A stretch of 64,000 bases of DNA from Curvularia clavata. Taxonomy: Eukaryota. A program made the position numbers and the translations under genes. The notes under the pieces were generated by a model. That model did not search any database. It was not told where the DNA came from and worked only from the letters and a program-made list of their open reading frames with translations. Location of the stretch: positions 4,836,001-4,900,000 of the forward strand of contig CP089275.1 of the NCBI GenBank assembly GCA_023920165.1, in the 5' to 3' direction. Each line of letters starts with the position of its first letter. Positions within the stretch are counted from its first letter, which is position 1. This document shows positions 46,600 to 58,505 of the stretch, one piece after another.

Positions 46600-49477
46600 A
46601 AAAACCCCCCAGATATTTGGCTTAGCTTGGCTTAATCCCTAAATCTTACAGCTCGGTTCAATGATCTTAGCTCTCTGGATTACCTGAAACATGTCTAGTC
46701 TAAATCCAAACTTGTGTATCCGCAAAGTTTAGCCCGACACCACCTAAACTTCTTTTCTGAGATTATCTGCATACATTCTCCGCTTGTGAGATTTCCCTCT
46801 CCATCCTTCCGGCAGGCACCTGCTATGCATTTCATGCGACCAAATCTCTCGATGCCTTGGTTCACATTCTGCCACTTTCTTGGTCTTCTTTTTGCTCTAC
46901 AACATTCCGCACTCCGCCAAAGATGTCTACATCCATCGGGCTGGACGCTTGTATCTTAGCTCACAAGTCCTGTATATACAGCAGTGCCTCCTTCTCAAGC
47001 ACCTTGACTGGAAGCTTTGTAAGCTTTCGAATGGCCTCATTCAGTCGTACCGCGGATGAAGATAACTCCCAACCATGAATCCTGGCTAGTAGTGTGCTCT
47101 CGCTAGTAGTAGCCTTGCATCCTTTTCTTGTATGGTATATATGACCGTCTTGTAAGGCAAAGTCCTTAAGAACATCGTAGCCGTACATCTTTGGTCACAA
47201 TATACAGGAGGAGGATGGATCGTAAGCCCATCTCGCCAATCCTCTTATTCTTTGCCCAGCCAACCCGAACTTATGAGAGTCTGATTCATCACTGTCCCAC
47301 AACTCCCGGAGTTTGAAGAAGACGTTACGCTCACCCCTCAAGGCGGGCATATCCTTTGTAATCTGCAAAACTGTGGCAATCTTGGGTCGTGGCGGAAGTA
47401 GTTTGTCACCTTGGGCAGTTACAGCACATGGAGCGGTGTAGTCAGTGGGATGGTTCAGTTCATTGAATCCATCCTAGACGGCCAGACGCTTCAATCTTTC
47501 CCAGGCAGCCCCCAAAACCTTGAGGATCTGGGCAACGGCAGGAAATACATATGACAGTCTGTATATATGATCCTCTGGACTCTGCTGCGCCCTCGCGGAA
47601 TGAAATGACTGCCTCTTCTGAGAGACTCCATCCAGGTACTCCCATTTTCTGAATCTTCCGGAAAAAACTCCTTATCCACCCCGTCCTATCTTTCGGGGGG
47701 TTTGTTTCTTTTTCTTTGCGTTTCCGCGATTGTCTTCGTCTTAGCTCTCCCGCAGCACCGATATATTCACCACTTGAATAGATAGTCAAAGGCCAACGGG
47801 ATTCAGTTTGTGCAATAGCCCTGCGGCAGGATCTCATTCGAGAATATTTAATGCGCACAGGTCAGTTGTCGAGTCCGCGGCAACTGACCCAGCCCCTAAC
47901 GACTATTGGCTTCAAAAATAGGTCGCAGCCGCCCCGTCTACACAGTGGTTTCACGTCGCTAACCGGTTCTTTTCTCGTTATACCCATTTTGACAGTACCT
48001 CCGCTTTTCCATCTCGATATAATCCTCAATGAGAATCTGTCTCGTATATAAGGAAAAGGTCGTACTGTTTTTCTTTCTGAAGTGCACCTCATGTCGCGGG
48101 AAATCCGGGGCGACGGTTGGGCGATGTAGGGGAGCCGAGCCCAATTACATTTGAGTGCCTCTGATTGGCGTGGAAGTGTGAGATTGACCTCCTTCAATAT
48201 ATTGAGGTTGAAGTTGGTGTGGCAGATAAGAAAGTTGTGTTGGCTTTTGTTCCTCGCATTGGACAAGGCGTGAAAATATTGAAGAGTCATTGATGATGTG
48301 ACGTGATGCACCGGCCTCACATATCCTATTGTGTGAGTGTATTCCTATTGTCGTGGCAGCCTGTGCTACTGCTGATGGATTGTAGTTCGCAAATATGAAG
48401 AAGTATCTAAAGGGTGCTCGCTTTTGTTTGAGATATCGCGGGATTAGAGGAGCAAGCGGTCTAGAGAGGGAACTAAATCGAGTATACAGTGGTTGCTTTT
48501 TGCAAGAGCGATGAACGAGTATGTACATATTGTCGGAAAGGGCGTCGAGTGTCGTAGATAGTATCCACTAGAAACCCAATCTCGCCTGGCAACTCTAGAT
48601 CTAGCCCGGTTTATACTCTGGAAATCGGAAGGCATGATGATCAGACTCCTTCCCCTTGCTTGACTGTCTAGATATGCCGATTCCCTCTGTCTGCCCTTTC
48701 GTCAGGTATGTTGTCCTCCCTCCTATGCAGTCGACCATGGGAATTTTATATTCGCCACGTCTTGCTCTGCTAGCATGGCCTTCTTGACTGCGAACATAAA
48801 TCTATGTGGCCTGTGAACCTCCTAGTCCATCACGGCAAGTTTTCCACTTTTCTCACTGCTGCTCTCCTCAATGCTCCGATCCAGCTGCTCTCCCTCGCAA
48901 CTAGCAAGACGCTCGCGTCTGTCTTATATGTTTTGTCGGAAGGGCGAAAAGGAAGGTTACATTTCAAACAATTCTCACCGCTAGGTAAGTTCCTTTCTCT
49001 CAACGTATCTCTGTTGATGCGGCTTGCATTAAGCTGACGTCTTCGGCGATCCTTCGATCATGGAAGGTAAACCAGGACTAAGGACGATCGGATCCTCAGT
49101 ATCCATATCCCCAACCTATCCAGCGCACAAAGCAGCCATCATTGTAGCCACTGTTGCCGGCATCGTGGCTTCGGCAGGCCGTCCGAGGACCGGCACCAAC
49201 TGGTTGGTTGCTGCCATCGTCACGAGTCCGGTTGACCTGCGCTACTCCTTGTTTGCGAGCTTCGCGTGTTGATATTTCCTTTCTTCCTCGATGTAATCGT
49301 TGATATGAGCTTCTATGCGGAATTTAGAGCGAAGCATCTCTATGTTCAGCTGATGCCATTGGACAGTGTTGCATAGCGCGGGCAGTCGTGACCGGGAAGC
49401 AAGGAGTTGCAGGGTGGCCATTCGATATAGAAGATTTGTTCTCGTTCGTGAGGGCGGGCTCGGACTTCGTTACGCAT
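46600..49477 (-). pseudogene. Possible decayed gene of unknown family
   Basis: ATG at 49477 in a CAACATG context. Protein-like segments (MRNEVRARPHEREQIFYIEWPPC / QWHQLNIEMLRSKFRIEAHINDYIEEE / MYGYDVLKDFALQDG..RLNEAIRKLTKLPVKVLEKEA) are broken by frameshifts and stops. 3' limit approximate. Confidence 0.3.
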
Positions 49478-52105
49478 GTTGTCGGCGATGTTGGAGTAGG
49501 GGCGCGTCTGCAGGTGGGTGCGAAGGAGGTAAGGGAGGAGCTCGTGAATAGAGGCACGGCGGTACCTGAGGGAATGGCAGAGAGGTTTTCGGTCTCTGTT
49601 GAGCGACAGCACATCCAAGATGTGATGAAGGATTGTATAGGTGATGTTGAAACTATTGCTTGAAGTTGCGGTTGAGTTTTCAGGAGCTTACTGAATGAGC
49701 GTTGGAGCGGTAAGGCGAAGTGACTGCCTCGTGATATAGTAAGTGGAGATCCATACTTGCGATACTGAAATCTTCTTGGAGCTTCCAATGCTATTCAAAG
49801 GTGCATAGATGCAAGCGAGTTGATGCAGAGCTCCAAACGGTGATGGGTGAAAGGTGAGAGCAGGGGACACGCGCCGCACCAAACCGGGTCGCTGATGGAA
49901 ATGATCACCAAAACAGCACCTTCACCACCCACCGGATCTTCTAGAGCATCATACTATAGTTTGCCTTCAGCAAACACAAATAACCTGCGTTTTGCAGTAG
50001 CAAGAGAGAGGTGTAAGACACGAAGGTCTTCCTCTTGGTGTTTGCAGTCCTCGGCGCCGGCGAGTAACCCGCGCTTAAGTCGTTCCCTCCAGGCAATACT
50101 AGCCACGTTCACACCCACTGTTGCCACACAGGCCATCGTCGGCCCGCTCTGCACCACAACCCAACTCCATCTCGCACTGTCATCCGTCTTGCACCGCGGA
50201 AGCAATCCAACAGTCGGATATCGCAGACCCTACACCTCCATTCCTCCAAATGCCTCAATCGAGCAACTCAAACTGCTATGGAACGCAGCGGACTCGACAC
50301 CGAGCCAATACTACTGGCAGATACAACTTTGTCTGCTCTAGACCCAATAAAATGGCGTGATGTGTTGTAGCTGAACGGTCAAACAGTCAAGTTTGGGTAA
50401 CTTTTGCACTCCAGCCGTAGATTCCTGCACCAGACGTGCCGAACCAATCCCGTTGCTCCTCTCTGCGTAACGGCACCGAAACTGCATCTTTTCCCTTTTA
50501 CCGTGTGTGCATAGAGAGATCTTGCCACTGTAGATAGTGCAAAGTGGATGGAAAAATGGATATGTACTGTATCTGTGTTTTAGATATGCCCGCGGAACGG
50601 AACGTTTTACCGAGTTTCCCAGTTACGCTTTTGGTAATTCGAGCAGAGGTACAGGGGCAAAAGGGTCCCTTGCTGATACCGAGATCTTTGTGGTTGGCCT
50701 GTTTGGGAAATTCGTGTCGAGATGTAGTAGCTCGGAAAACGTTTTGATTGGCCAGGATGGATAAGAGTATTACATAAGCATCGGAGTTGGAGAAGAGAAA
50801 AGATAGCTTCCTCGGGCGCTCGGAGACGCAGGGGAATAGGCCAGAACGACCGTTGTCATAGCAGACTAGTCTTGTGTGTTGTTCTAATAGTTCGCGCTAG
50901 GTATAATATCCCGGTTGCATCGAGTATGCCGTTAGGGACTTAGCATGCAGCGATTCCACAGGCGATCTTGCAGCGACTATCTCGGAGCCTCATATTCTGT
51001 TGTACAGAGGGTTGCACATATTGATCCGATTTCAGTCAGTGTACAGTAGAATCACCAAGTTTCATTACGTTTGTTCTAATCCAATTCGTGTTTTCTGTCC
51101 GTTCGTGCTCAACTCAACTCAAACACTCTTGCTCATTACTCGCTATTGGTGCGGTTTGCAATGCCTTGAAAGCATTACAGTGCCTCCTGCATGAAAAATA
51201 GGAATAGGATCAGGATCAGAGCTTCTTCTACTTCCCAACCAAGTAATCTTCTGTTCCGCCGTTGAAAGCAGCGCATTCACCGCCGAGCCACTCACATCAC
51301 TCCGGGCCGTCTAAACCCCTAAGCTGAGGCCTCTTTACTCACAAACTCTACGTATCACCTCTGTATTCTTCCCAGTTTGGAAACTCACCACCTCTGGCTG
51401 TAGAAAACAGGTGCCCTTTCGGCCAAAGTGCCAGATCCAATCACATTGAGACTGACTACTACCTCTCACAGGATTGGGAAGAATGTCCGACCGTGAACCA
51501 TGTGGGCTGACCCTAAAAGCTTGCATAGTCATGTACGTGGGACCATTTCTGTAATTCGAAAGTACGATAGGGAAGGGGAGTGGCGGAGTTTGGAGCCGAG
51601 CTGACTAGTACCTGGGATAGAGCGGAGCGGGTATGTAGACCGAGCTTCGTGCAGCATCTTGAGTAATCCTTGTGCAAGGACTCTACAACTGGTTCAGTCT
51701 GATACAGATTATTTTGAGAAAGCTTTTTTTTTCTTTGCCATTCTCTAAACGAAGTGCTGTTGAACTTTGAAAGATGTTGTTGGCGAGGAACATCATACTG
51801 CGTCACTGGGCTAAATTCCATCCTACCAAGGACGTTAACTCGGCACTATGGACAACATTCTATAAACAATAATTGCTAGCGCATCACACGCGACCCTAAA
51901 AGAACCTATCCCTGTTTGGAATCCTTGCATGAGTCAACAGGATGAGAGACGGGCCCAACCTTCCGGACCAGCCGTGTAGCGTCTCGTCTCTGATGTAAGC
52001 ATAGTGCATCCGGCAGCTGAAAAAGTTGACTACGACTGAATTACACACGACCGCGCGCGTAAACTATTCCTCAACCAACGCACTCTACCACCAGTATCCA
52101 GGCTC

Positions 52106-52801
52106 TTAATAGCGATAGCGAGTTTCTATTTCCCGTTCCAGCGTACCCAAGCCTCTAGGGCCCTCGGCGTTCATGGCGCTTTCTGGATGACCCAGTATGA
52201 TTGCTTGCCTGGCACCAAAAACACCTCCTTCGTCTCCATCGTCAAGCGGAACGGTCAAGTCGCCCTCTCGTTCGCCCCCGCCCTCTCCCTCCCACTTGAG
52301 GAACTTTTCAAAGGCAGCAGTGCCGCGGATGCTGCCCTTCTTGTCGTAAAACTGAATCATGTTGCGCATGGCCTCGATCCAGCGGGCGCACTCTTTGCAC
52401 ACGACCATATCTCTGCTTACATAGGTGCGCCGCACTGGGTCTGCGCATTTGACAGCTGCGAGTTGGTGGTCTGGCAGGGTGGAGTAGTCCAGCTCCTGGG
52501 TGTAGGTATAAGAGCCTGTGCTAGAATCCGAGTTTCTAGACGCCGACGTCCCTGAGCGCCGAGAACTGGCTGACGCACTGGTACTAGAGCGCGAGAGCTG
52601 CCCGCTTAGCGAGAAGAAGCGTCGTGTTGATGATGAGCGTTTGGCTAATACTGGTTTTGCGGGTGGGGATAGCGGCGGAGAGCCCGGCCCACGGAGGCTG
52701 TTGAGCCGCTGGATGGCTCTGTCGCATAGCGTCCACGGATGGTCATGCGACTCGCCAATATGTCCGCAGCCGTTATGTTGGCTGTAGTTGTGATAGCACA
52801 T
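52106..52801 (-). CDS. Hypothetical protein (231 aa) with Cys/His motifs
   Basis: ACAATG start; MCYHNYSQHNGCGH..WTLC, Ser-rich linker, KCADP..VCKEC. Confidence 0.7.
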   Translation of the reverse strand: MCYHNYSQHNGCGHIGESHDHPWTLCDRAIQRLNSLRGPGSPPLSPPAKPVLAKRSSSTRRFFSLSGQLSRSSTSASASSRRSGTSASRNSDSSTGSYTYTQELDYSTLPDHQLAAVKCADPVRRTYVSRDMVVCKECARWIEAMRNMIQFYDKKGSIRGTAAFEKFLKWEGEGGGEREGDLTVPLDDGDEGGVFGARQAIILGHPESAMNAEGPRGLGTLEREIETRYRY

Positions 52802-55147
52802 TGTCGCAACGGTTATTCGGCTTCGGAGTCTGCCGCCGATGACGTAATGCCTTTTTTTTTGGTCGCTCTGTCGCAAGTAGAGTAGAGTAGGCAAGGGTGT
52901 GCGCTATGTATGGTGTTGCTTGGGAGTGGGGAAGCCGGGCGGTCCCTGAACTAGTAACTAGGTATGTATGTAGGTAGGTTGGTTGTGTGGCAGGTGTCTG
53001 CATGTGTTTGTTTCGCAAACAGCCATGCCTTGGGTATTTGAATCGTGGAGGCGCCCGCTGTGACTCCCACGCTGTCGCTCGCCAGCAGCCGTGTTATGCC
53101 ATGGTGCCCTGTTTATCGCGCGGGCGGTGAAGAAGGGGTGCAAGGGTCGAGCAGGTCACGTGCCGTCATCGACGTGGCAGACCTCCAACTTGGGCTGAGA
53201 TGACATCCGCCAGTCGGTTTGCAGTGTGGAAGCGCCAGCTCTAGGCCTGCAGATCTCAGATTGGGTGTCAGCGCAATGTGGAGATGCTCTATAGGGCTGG
53301 CCGTGAAACCGCTCCGGGCTCCCTTGTCTTGTATAGCGCAACCGCTGGACGACGAACGCGCGTCCATGGCGCCGCAGCAACAAACATATTTGCGTCTCTG
53401 CCATCTCATAGCTACGAGAGTTTTCACTCAGTGCTTTCTGACTGTGTATGTGCTTATTGCGCATGGGTTGAAGATGACATGCCCAATGACATCATAGCCT
53501 TCTGATCCGGTAAAACGCCGGGCTGCAGGGAGTGAGTCCCTGACACGTTGGCTAAGCAGCTTTGAGCGCTCTGGCCGTCTCGAGTTGCAAGAGATAAGAA
53601 ATATGCAAGTAAAAATAGCAAACTCGAGCGAAAAAGACGTCACTCAGGGCTGCCTAGGACCGATCCTTTGGGCGGGAATTGGACCCTTGATGTTGTCTGG
53701 TAACAAGGCAGACAAAACCTGTTTGGTATCAGACATGCCTTTATAGTCGTCCTAGTCCTGCTGTTGTTATATTTTTTTCTACTTTCTCGTAGGCCCCTTG
53801 AACCCTGAAAAGACATCAGCTAGAGCTAGCAAGGTTGGCCCATGTGCTAACACGCGGAAGCACTGGTTACGCTCTGCTTCCTCACCTCAGATCCAACACC
53901 TAGACTGACAGTGAATTTGTGTGATACAGACTGGAAGACTTTGCCCAGTCGTACTTTCAAACTGTGCCACGTGCAGAGCGCTGTTGCAGACAATGTACAC
54001 GTAAGAAAACCCCGAAGGTGCGTCGGCTCCACGCCGCTGCCCCTCTCCACCACTGCAGACCCACAAAGTCCCTGCATAAACGTCGATGCACGAAGACTCT
54101 TCCTAACCATGTAGATCTGGTGCCCAATACTGAGAAGGCGAGCCGATGGCACTACCTCGTATGTGATTTTGAGCTTGCACGTGTCCCACACTACTGTCAG
54201 AATGAGGCGAAGAGTAAGCCTGGTAATTCTTTAGAGGGAACGCATCAACAGTTCAGTTTGACAGATACTTCAGCACCACGGAAGGAAATGATCTGGGCTC
54301 TAGGGATCATCTGATTGGCCTCATAGCTTTTTGGTAAGCAACTCGCTGAAACGTTGGCTATCGACGGCTTCACCTTGGCAAGGCGAAGAAGCATAACGGC
54401 GCTGCTTATCAGCAACACACCAAATCTTAGCCTCTTTTCTCAAGGCGTAGCTGATGTGATTTGGACAAGTTATAGATCTGTCTTGTAGCGCCGCTACGAC
54501 AGCACTTGTACGAACCTAGGGCTAAAAAAATGGTATCCGAGTGCGAAAACCACCTTCACGCTGAGACGGAGTCCGTCGCGGTGCGCAAATTTAGCTTTGC
54601 TCAACGACATCGCAAAATATTCTGAAAATGTTAACATCCACGACATTGGCCCCCGGCAGCAAAATTTACCTTTTTGGGAACCAGCAAGCGTTGGAACGTG
54701 TCCAATCACAGGTACACACTAAGCCAAGGCGAAGTCAGCCTGTGGCTCAGGCGAGTTACAAAGCTCAACACTACATGAGGGGTAAGCCAGCACTAGCGAC
54801 TAAAGGGGTAGTTCCTCTTCATTTTCTACAACACGGCCAGTCAATCTCTCCGAGGCAGCAATTATGGCACTCTTACAGATGCCCCGGCGGACTATGGAGC
54901 CATTGAATCTCCCACATCTTGCATGAAGGCGGATACTCTTTCTGAGGATCAGCTCAAACTTCGCCTCAATAACGCCTTCAGGCCCCCGATTTAAGATGCT
55001 CCCAGTGAATATAAGAACAAAGCGGAATAAGGCTACAAAGGCTTCCATCTCATCATCCAACTGTACTACAACCTTACAACACCGATTAGCTCTTCCTGCT
55101 TGGCAAAATCTAATCACTTTACACTAAGCACATACATCCTACCCACC

Positions 55148-56164
55148 ATGTCGACACCCATCCGCAAAGTCCTCATCTCCAATCACGGCGATCCATCCGT
55201 CGTCTCCGTCGTAACCGCCCCTATCAATCCCCCAGCCCCAGGTGAAGTCCAAGTCAAGATCATCTATTCAGGCATGGGCGGCGCCGACATCCTCATGCGC
55301 CAAGGCATATACCCGCTCCAACAAAAGGCCCCCTTAACTCCAGGCTACATCTTCATCGGGCGCGTCCACCGCAACGGAGAAGGAAGCACGCAGTACTCCA
55401 TCGGCGACCTAGTAGCCTGCCTCTCCGTCTACGACGGCCAAGCCGAACTCAGTAACCAACCCGAAAAATACCTGATCCCCGTACCCGAAGGCATCGACAT
55501 GCAACAAGTTATCGCACTGATCCTTGACTGGGCCACCGCATACGGCCTCGCATACCGCGCTGCGAAGATCACACCCGGAAAACGCGTCTTTATCCACGGT
55601 CTAAGCGGCAGTGTCGGGTACGGCCTGCTCACATTTTGTAAAATGCAAGGCGCAGATATCTACGGCACTGCGTCAGCCTCCAGCCACGACTTTCTCCGCG
55701 CAGCCGGTGCTAAACCCTTCGTTTACACCGACAAACGATGGATGAAGGAAATGAAAGCGCTCGGCGGCGCACATGTCGTGTACGACCCTCTTGGTTTCGA
55801 GTCCTGGGACGAGTCGTATAGCATCTTGTCTGGTGAAAACGGGCATCTGGTTGGCTACGGGGGCAACCTCAACTCGCTGAATGGAGGCAAGCCTAGGAGC
55901 AATAATGTGCAGATTGCCAAGTTGTTGGCAAAGGGAATGGTGCCGTTTTGTCCGTTTCACACGAGTTTCTTCTACGTGAATAGGGATCAGAAGACGTATA
56001 GGCCCGAAGTGGAGTTGCTGCTGAAGATGCTGGCGAGGGGAGAGATCAAGGCGCCGATTCGGAAGGTTTGGGACCTGGAAGAGGTTCCGGAGGCGCACAG
56101 GGTGTGGGCGAAGGGGCCTGGTGTGGGTACTGTTGTGGTCAAGGTATCGGATGATAAGGCGTAG
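55148..56164 (+). CDS. Medium-chain dehydrogenase/reductase (NADPH:quinone oxidoreductase/VAT-1-like, zinc-independent)
   Basis: GEVQVKI..D..MRQGIYP..PLTPGY GroES-like domain; VFIHGLSGSVG nucleotide-binding motif; VYDPLG; EVPEAHR; no Zn-ligand Cys cluster. Confidence 0.88.
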   Translation: MSTPIRKVLISNHGDPSVVSVVTAPINPPAPGEVQVKIIYSGMGGADILMRQGIYPLQQKAPLTPGYIFIGRVHRNGEGSTQYSIGDLVACLSVYDGQAELSNQPEKYLIPVPEGIDMQQVIALILDWATAYGLAYRAAKITPGKRVFIHGLSGSVGYGLLTFCKMQGADIYGTASASSHDFLRAAGAKPFVYTDKRWMKEMKALGGAHVVYDPLGFESWDESYSILSGENGHLVGYGGNLNSLNGGKPRSNNVQIAKLLAKGMVPFCPFHTSFFYVNRDQKTYRPEVELLLKMLARGEIKAPIRKVWDLEEVPEAHRVWAKGPGVGTVVVKVSDDKA

Positions 56165-56579
56165 TTGAGGTTAGTAACTGGGTATTGGCTTGTTATATAT
56201 CCCGTATCGGCTTGATTTATCTCTTTAGAATAGACTGAGTTTATCTCTTATGCATGTGCTACTGGGGAGTTAGGCCTTACTGTATACTGTCAGGCGGCAT
56301 GAAAGCATTTTCAACGTTGCACTGCAAAGATGTCTGGTGAGATGTTGAGTGAAAACATCACAAGTAAGTCACTAAGACCCGTGCAGCGCTAACAGCAAGA
56401 CAGGTGAACCAGCACATTCTAGGTATCAAAGCATTCTGTCTTATATAAAATAGGAGTAGTAACCACAATATCAAGCACGCGCCCTAAACCAGACCCATAC
56501 AAATGAAAGTGACCTTCCGCATTAGACCCGAGTTCAGCCACGCCTACTTTCTCTACCCCTAACTCTCACAGAACTTCAT

Positions 56580-58409
56580 CTATGGCGCCTCCTTAACCAC
56601 TGGCGCCTCTTCCTCTGACCAAGCACCCTTAATCGTCTGCTGTCCCACGGGCTTCTGCACAGGCGTCTGCTGCGGCATAGGCTGGAGCTCTGGAGGCGTA
56701 GGCCTGAGTCCATTGTTAAAAATCTCATCCGCAATCTCGATACCCAGTGGCACACCACCAATAGGGAAGAGGCCCTCACGGTCCTCACGCGTGCCCTTGG
56801 TCGTATACCTGATATCCTCTACATTCTGGAACACGGTTGCGCCGTTGTTGTCGACGGCATAGACGTCCTTGGTCGTAGTAGGAATAAGGATGTCGCGTGC
56901 GGCAGCGGCATCGAAGCGCCAGTGGACACCGAGGAAGATGCGCGAAATGGCATTTTCGAACATGAGTTCCCAGGCAGAGTCAAAGTGGCGCACGATGCGT
57001 GTGCGAACAATGCCAGGCTGGTCTTCGATAGGAGCAGTGGGGTCGTAGGGCTGGCGAAGGTCGCGGTTCAGGCCATTGAGCTCCTCAGAGATCACCATGT
57101 CAATAGCAATGTTGTCTGGTTCGTCGTCCTTCCATGTGCCTACACGCCCGTTGTAGTATCGGCGCACCATTTGGAAAACAGCACCGCCAAAGGTGGCGTG
57201 TCCAGAGGGGTATGCTGGGAAAGGAGGCTTGAATGGAATATCGTTTGTGTTAGTAGCTGGGGCACCGAGGGTGAGCCAGAAAGGATCTCCGTGGTCTGGA
57301 CGTCCGTCATCTCGCACACCAGAAAGTGGGCGCCAGAATTCATACTCCCATTTCTCTTTCCAGGAAAAGATGCCTGCGTCGGTGCAAGCAACGTCGACGA
57401 GGGCGAAGAGGCGGGCGAAATCCGCGTTGTTGACTTCGCTGTTTGCAAGGTCCTCTTCCTTCTTGTACGTAACTGCGATGCGACGTACAATCTGGTTGTA
57501 GAAGCGAGGTGGTGTACCAATGAGGTTTGACCCATCGTAGGCCCAGAATAGGCCTTGTGCGGTCTGCCATGGGCTACGTTTGGTGGAGTTGAGAGCCTGG
57601 GCACCACCCATAGCGATAGCGACGCGGATGGAGTCGTCGTATTCCGCAGTCTCGTCTGCATTAGAACGCAGGCCCGGTGGGTCGGCCAGGAAGTGCTCGC
57701 TCTGCGTGGCAAAGCGCTTCGTGGTCTTGCCGTAGAACGGGGCATGGTACTGACGGAAAGGCTTCTTGGGTCCATTGGGATTGTTGGGGTCTACTGGAAT
57801 CAGAACGACAGGGTGAGTAGGTTCATCATCAAATTTGTAGCGACCGGGCGTAGGGTGGTAGCCCTCCTGCGAAGCACCTCGAGGATCGTTGAGGAGAGCG
57901 AAGAAGACATCTGCTACAGCCTCACCAAACATGAAACTGGCTGACTCTCGGTCAACACCACCAGGCGCCTTCAGAACTGACCGGTCGATAACCAGGGCAA
58001 GCTGAGCATAAGCATTGTCGGAGATGTTGGCGCCGGGATTAGGATTAGGTTCCTCTACCGGCTTCATGTAGAGCGAAGTCAGCATTTTGAGGGCAGCTCC
58101 AGCGACTGCTTGGCGAGCATCATTTGCACCATTGGGGCTGGGCAGACGGTACGCAGCATTCTCAGCATCAGGTGAGAGAAAGGTGGTGAAGTTGGTCGGA
58201 GGGTAGATAGAAAAGTATGCGTCGTGAATTGCCAAGTGCAGCATACCCAGAGCCCTGGCAGAAAGAGGTGGGCCTGTCAGGGGACCTCCCACAGTGTGAG
58301 TTACGCGGTTGAGTTCCAAACCGACATGATTCCAGAAGAGTATGTAATTGGTGTTATACTCTTCCGGTTCGTCGATCTTGGGGAGTGGGATGGGTGTAAC
58401 AGACCCCAT
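56580..58409 (-). CDS. CPO: Vanadium-dependent chloroperoxidase (609 aa)
   Basis: [27 protein letters not shown] start and 609-aa length match the Curvularia inaequalis enzyme as I recall it. Vanadate-binding motifs [17 protein letters not shown] and [12 protein letters not shown] are intact. Confidence 0.97.
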   Translation of the reverse strand: MGSVTPIPLPKIDEPEEYNTNYILFWNHVGLELNRVTHTVGGPLTGPPLSARALGMLHLAIHDAYFSIYPPTNFTTFLSPDAENAAYRLPSPNGANDARQAVAGAALKMLTSLYMKPVEEPNPNPGANISDNAYAQLALVIDRSVLKAPGGVDRESASFMFGEAVADVFFALLNDPRGASQEGYHPTPGRYKFDDEPTHPVVLIPVDPNNPNGPKKPFRQYHAPFYGKTTKRFATQSEHFLADPPGLRSNADETAEYDDSIRVAIAMGGAQALNSTKRSPWQTAQGLFWAYDGSNLIGTPPRFYNQIVRRIAVTYKKEEDLANSEVNNADFARLFALVDVACTDAGIFSWKEKWEYEFWRPLSGVRDDGRPDHGDPFWLTLGAPATNTNDIPFKPPFPAYPSGHATFGGAVFQMVRRYYNGRVGTWKDDEPDNIAIDMVISEELNGLNRDLRQPYDPTAPIEDQPGIVRTRIVRHFDSAWELMFENAISRIFLGVHWRFDAAAARDILIPTTTKDVYAVDNNGATVFQNVEDIRYTTKGTREDREGLFPIGGVPLGIEIADEIFNNGLRPTPPELQPMPQQTPVQKPVGQQTIKGAWSEEEAPVVKEAP

Positions 58410-58499
58410 CTTGAGAGTGATGATGTGTGTGATTGTAAGCAGTGAGTAGAATGAGCAGGTGAGTTGTGATTCTGACAAACAACGCGAAGGCTCACCGAC

Positions 58500-58505
58500 T
58501 TTATA
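58500..58505 (-). promoter_or_regulatory. Putative TATA box of vCPO
   Basis: TATAAA on the minus strand ~90 bp upstream of ATG 58409. Confidence 0.45.
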
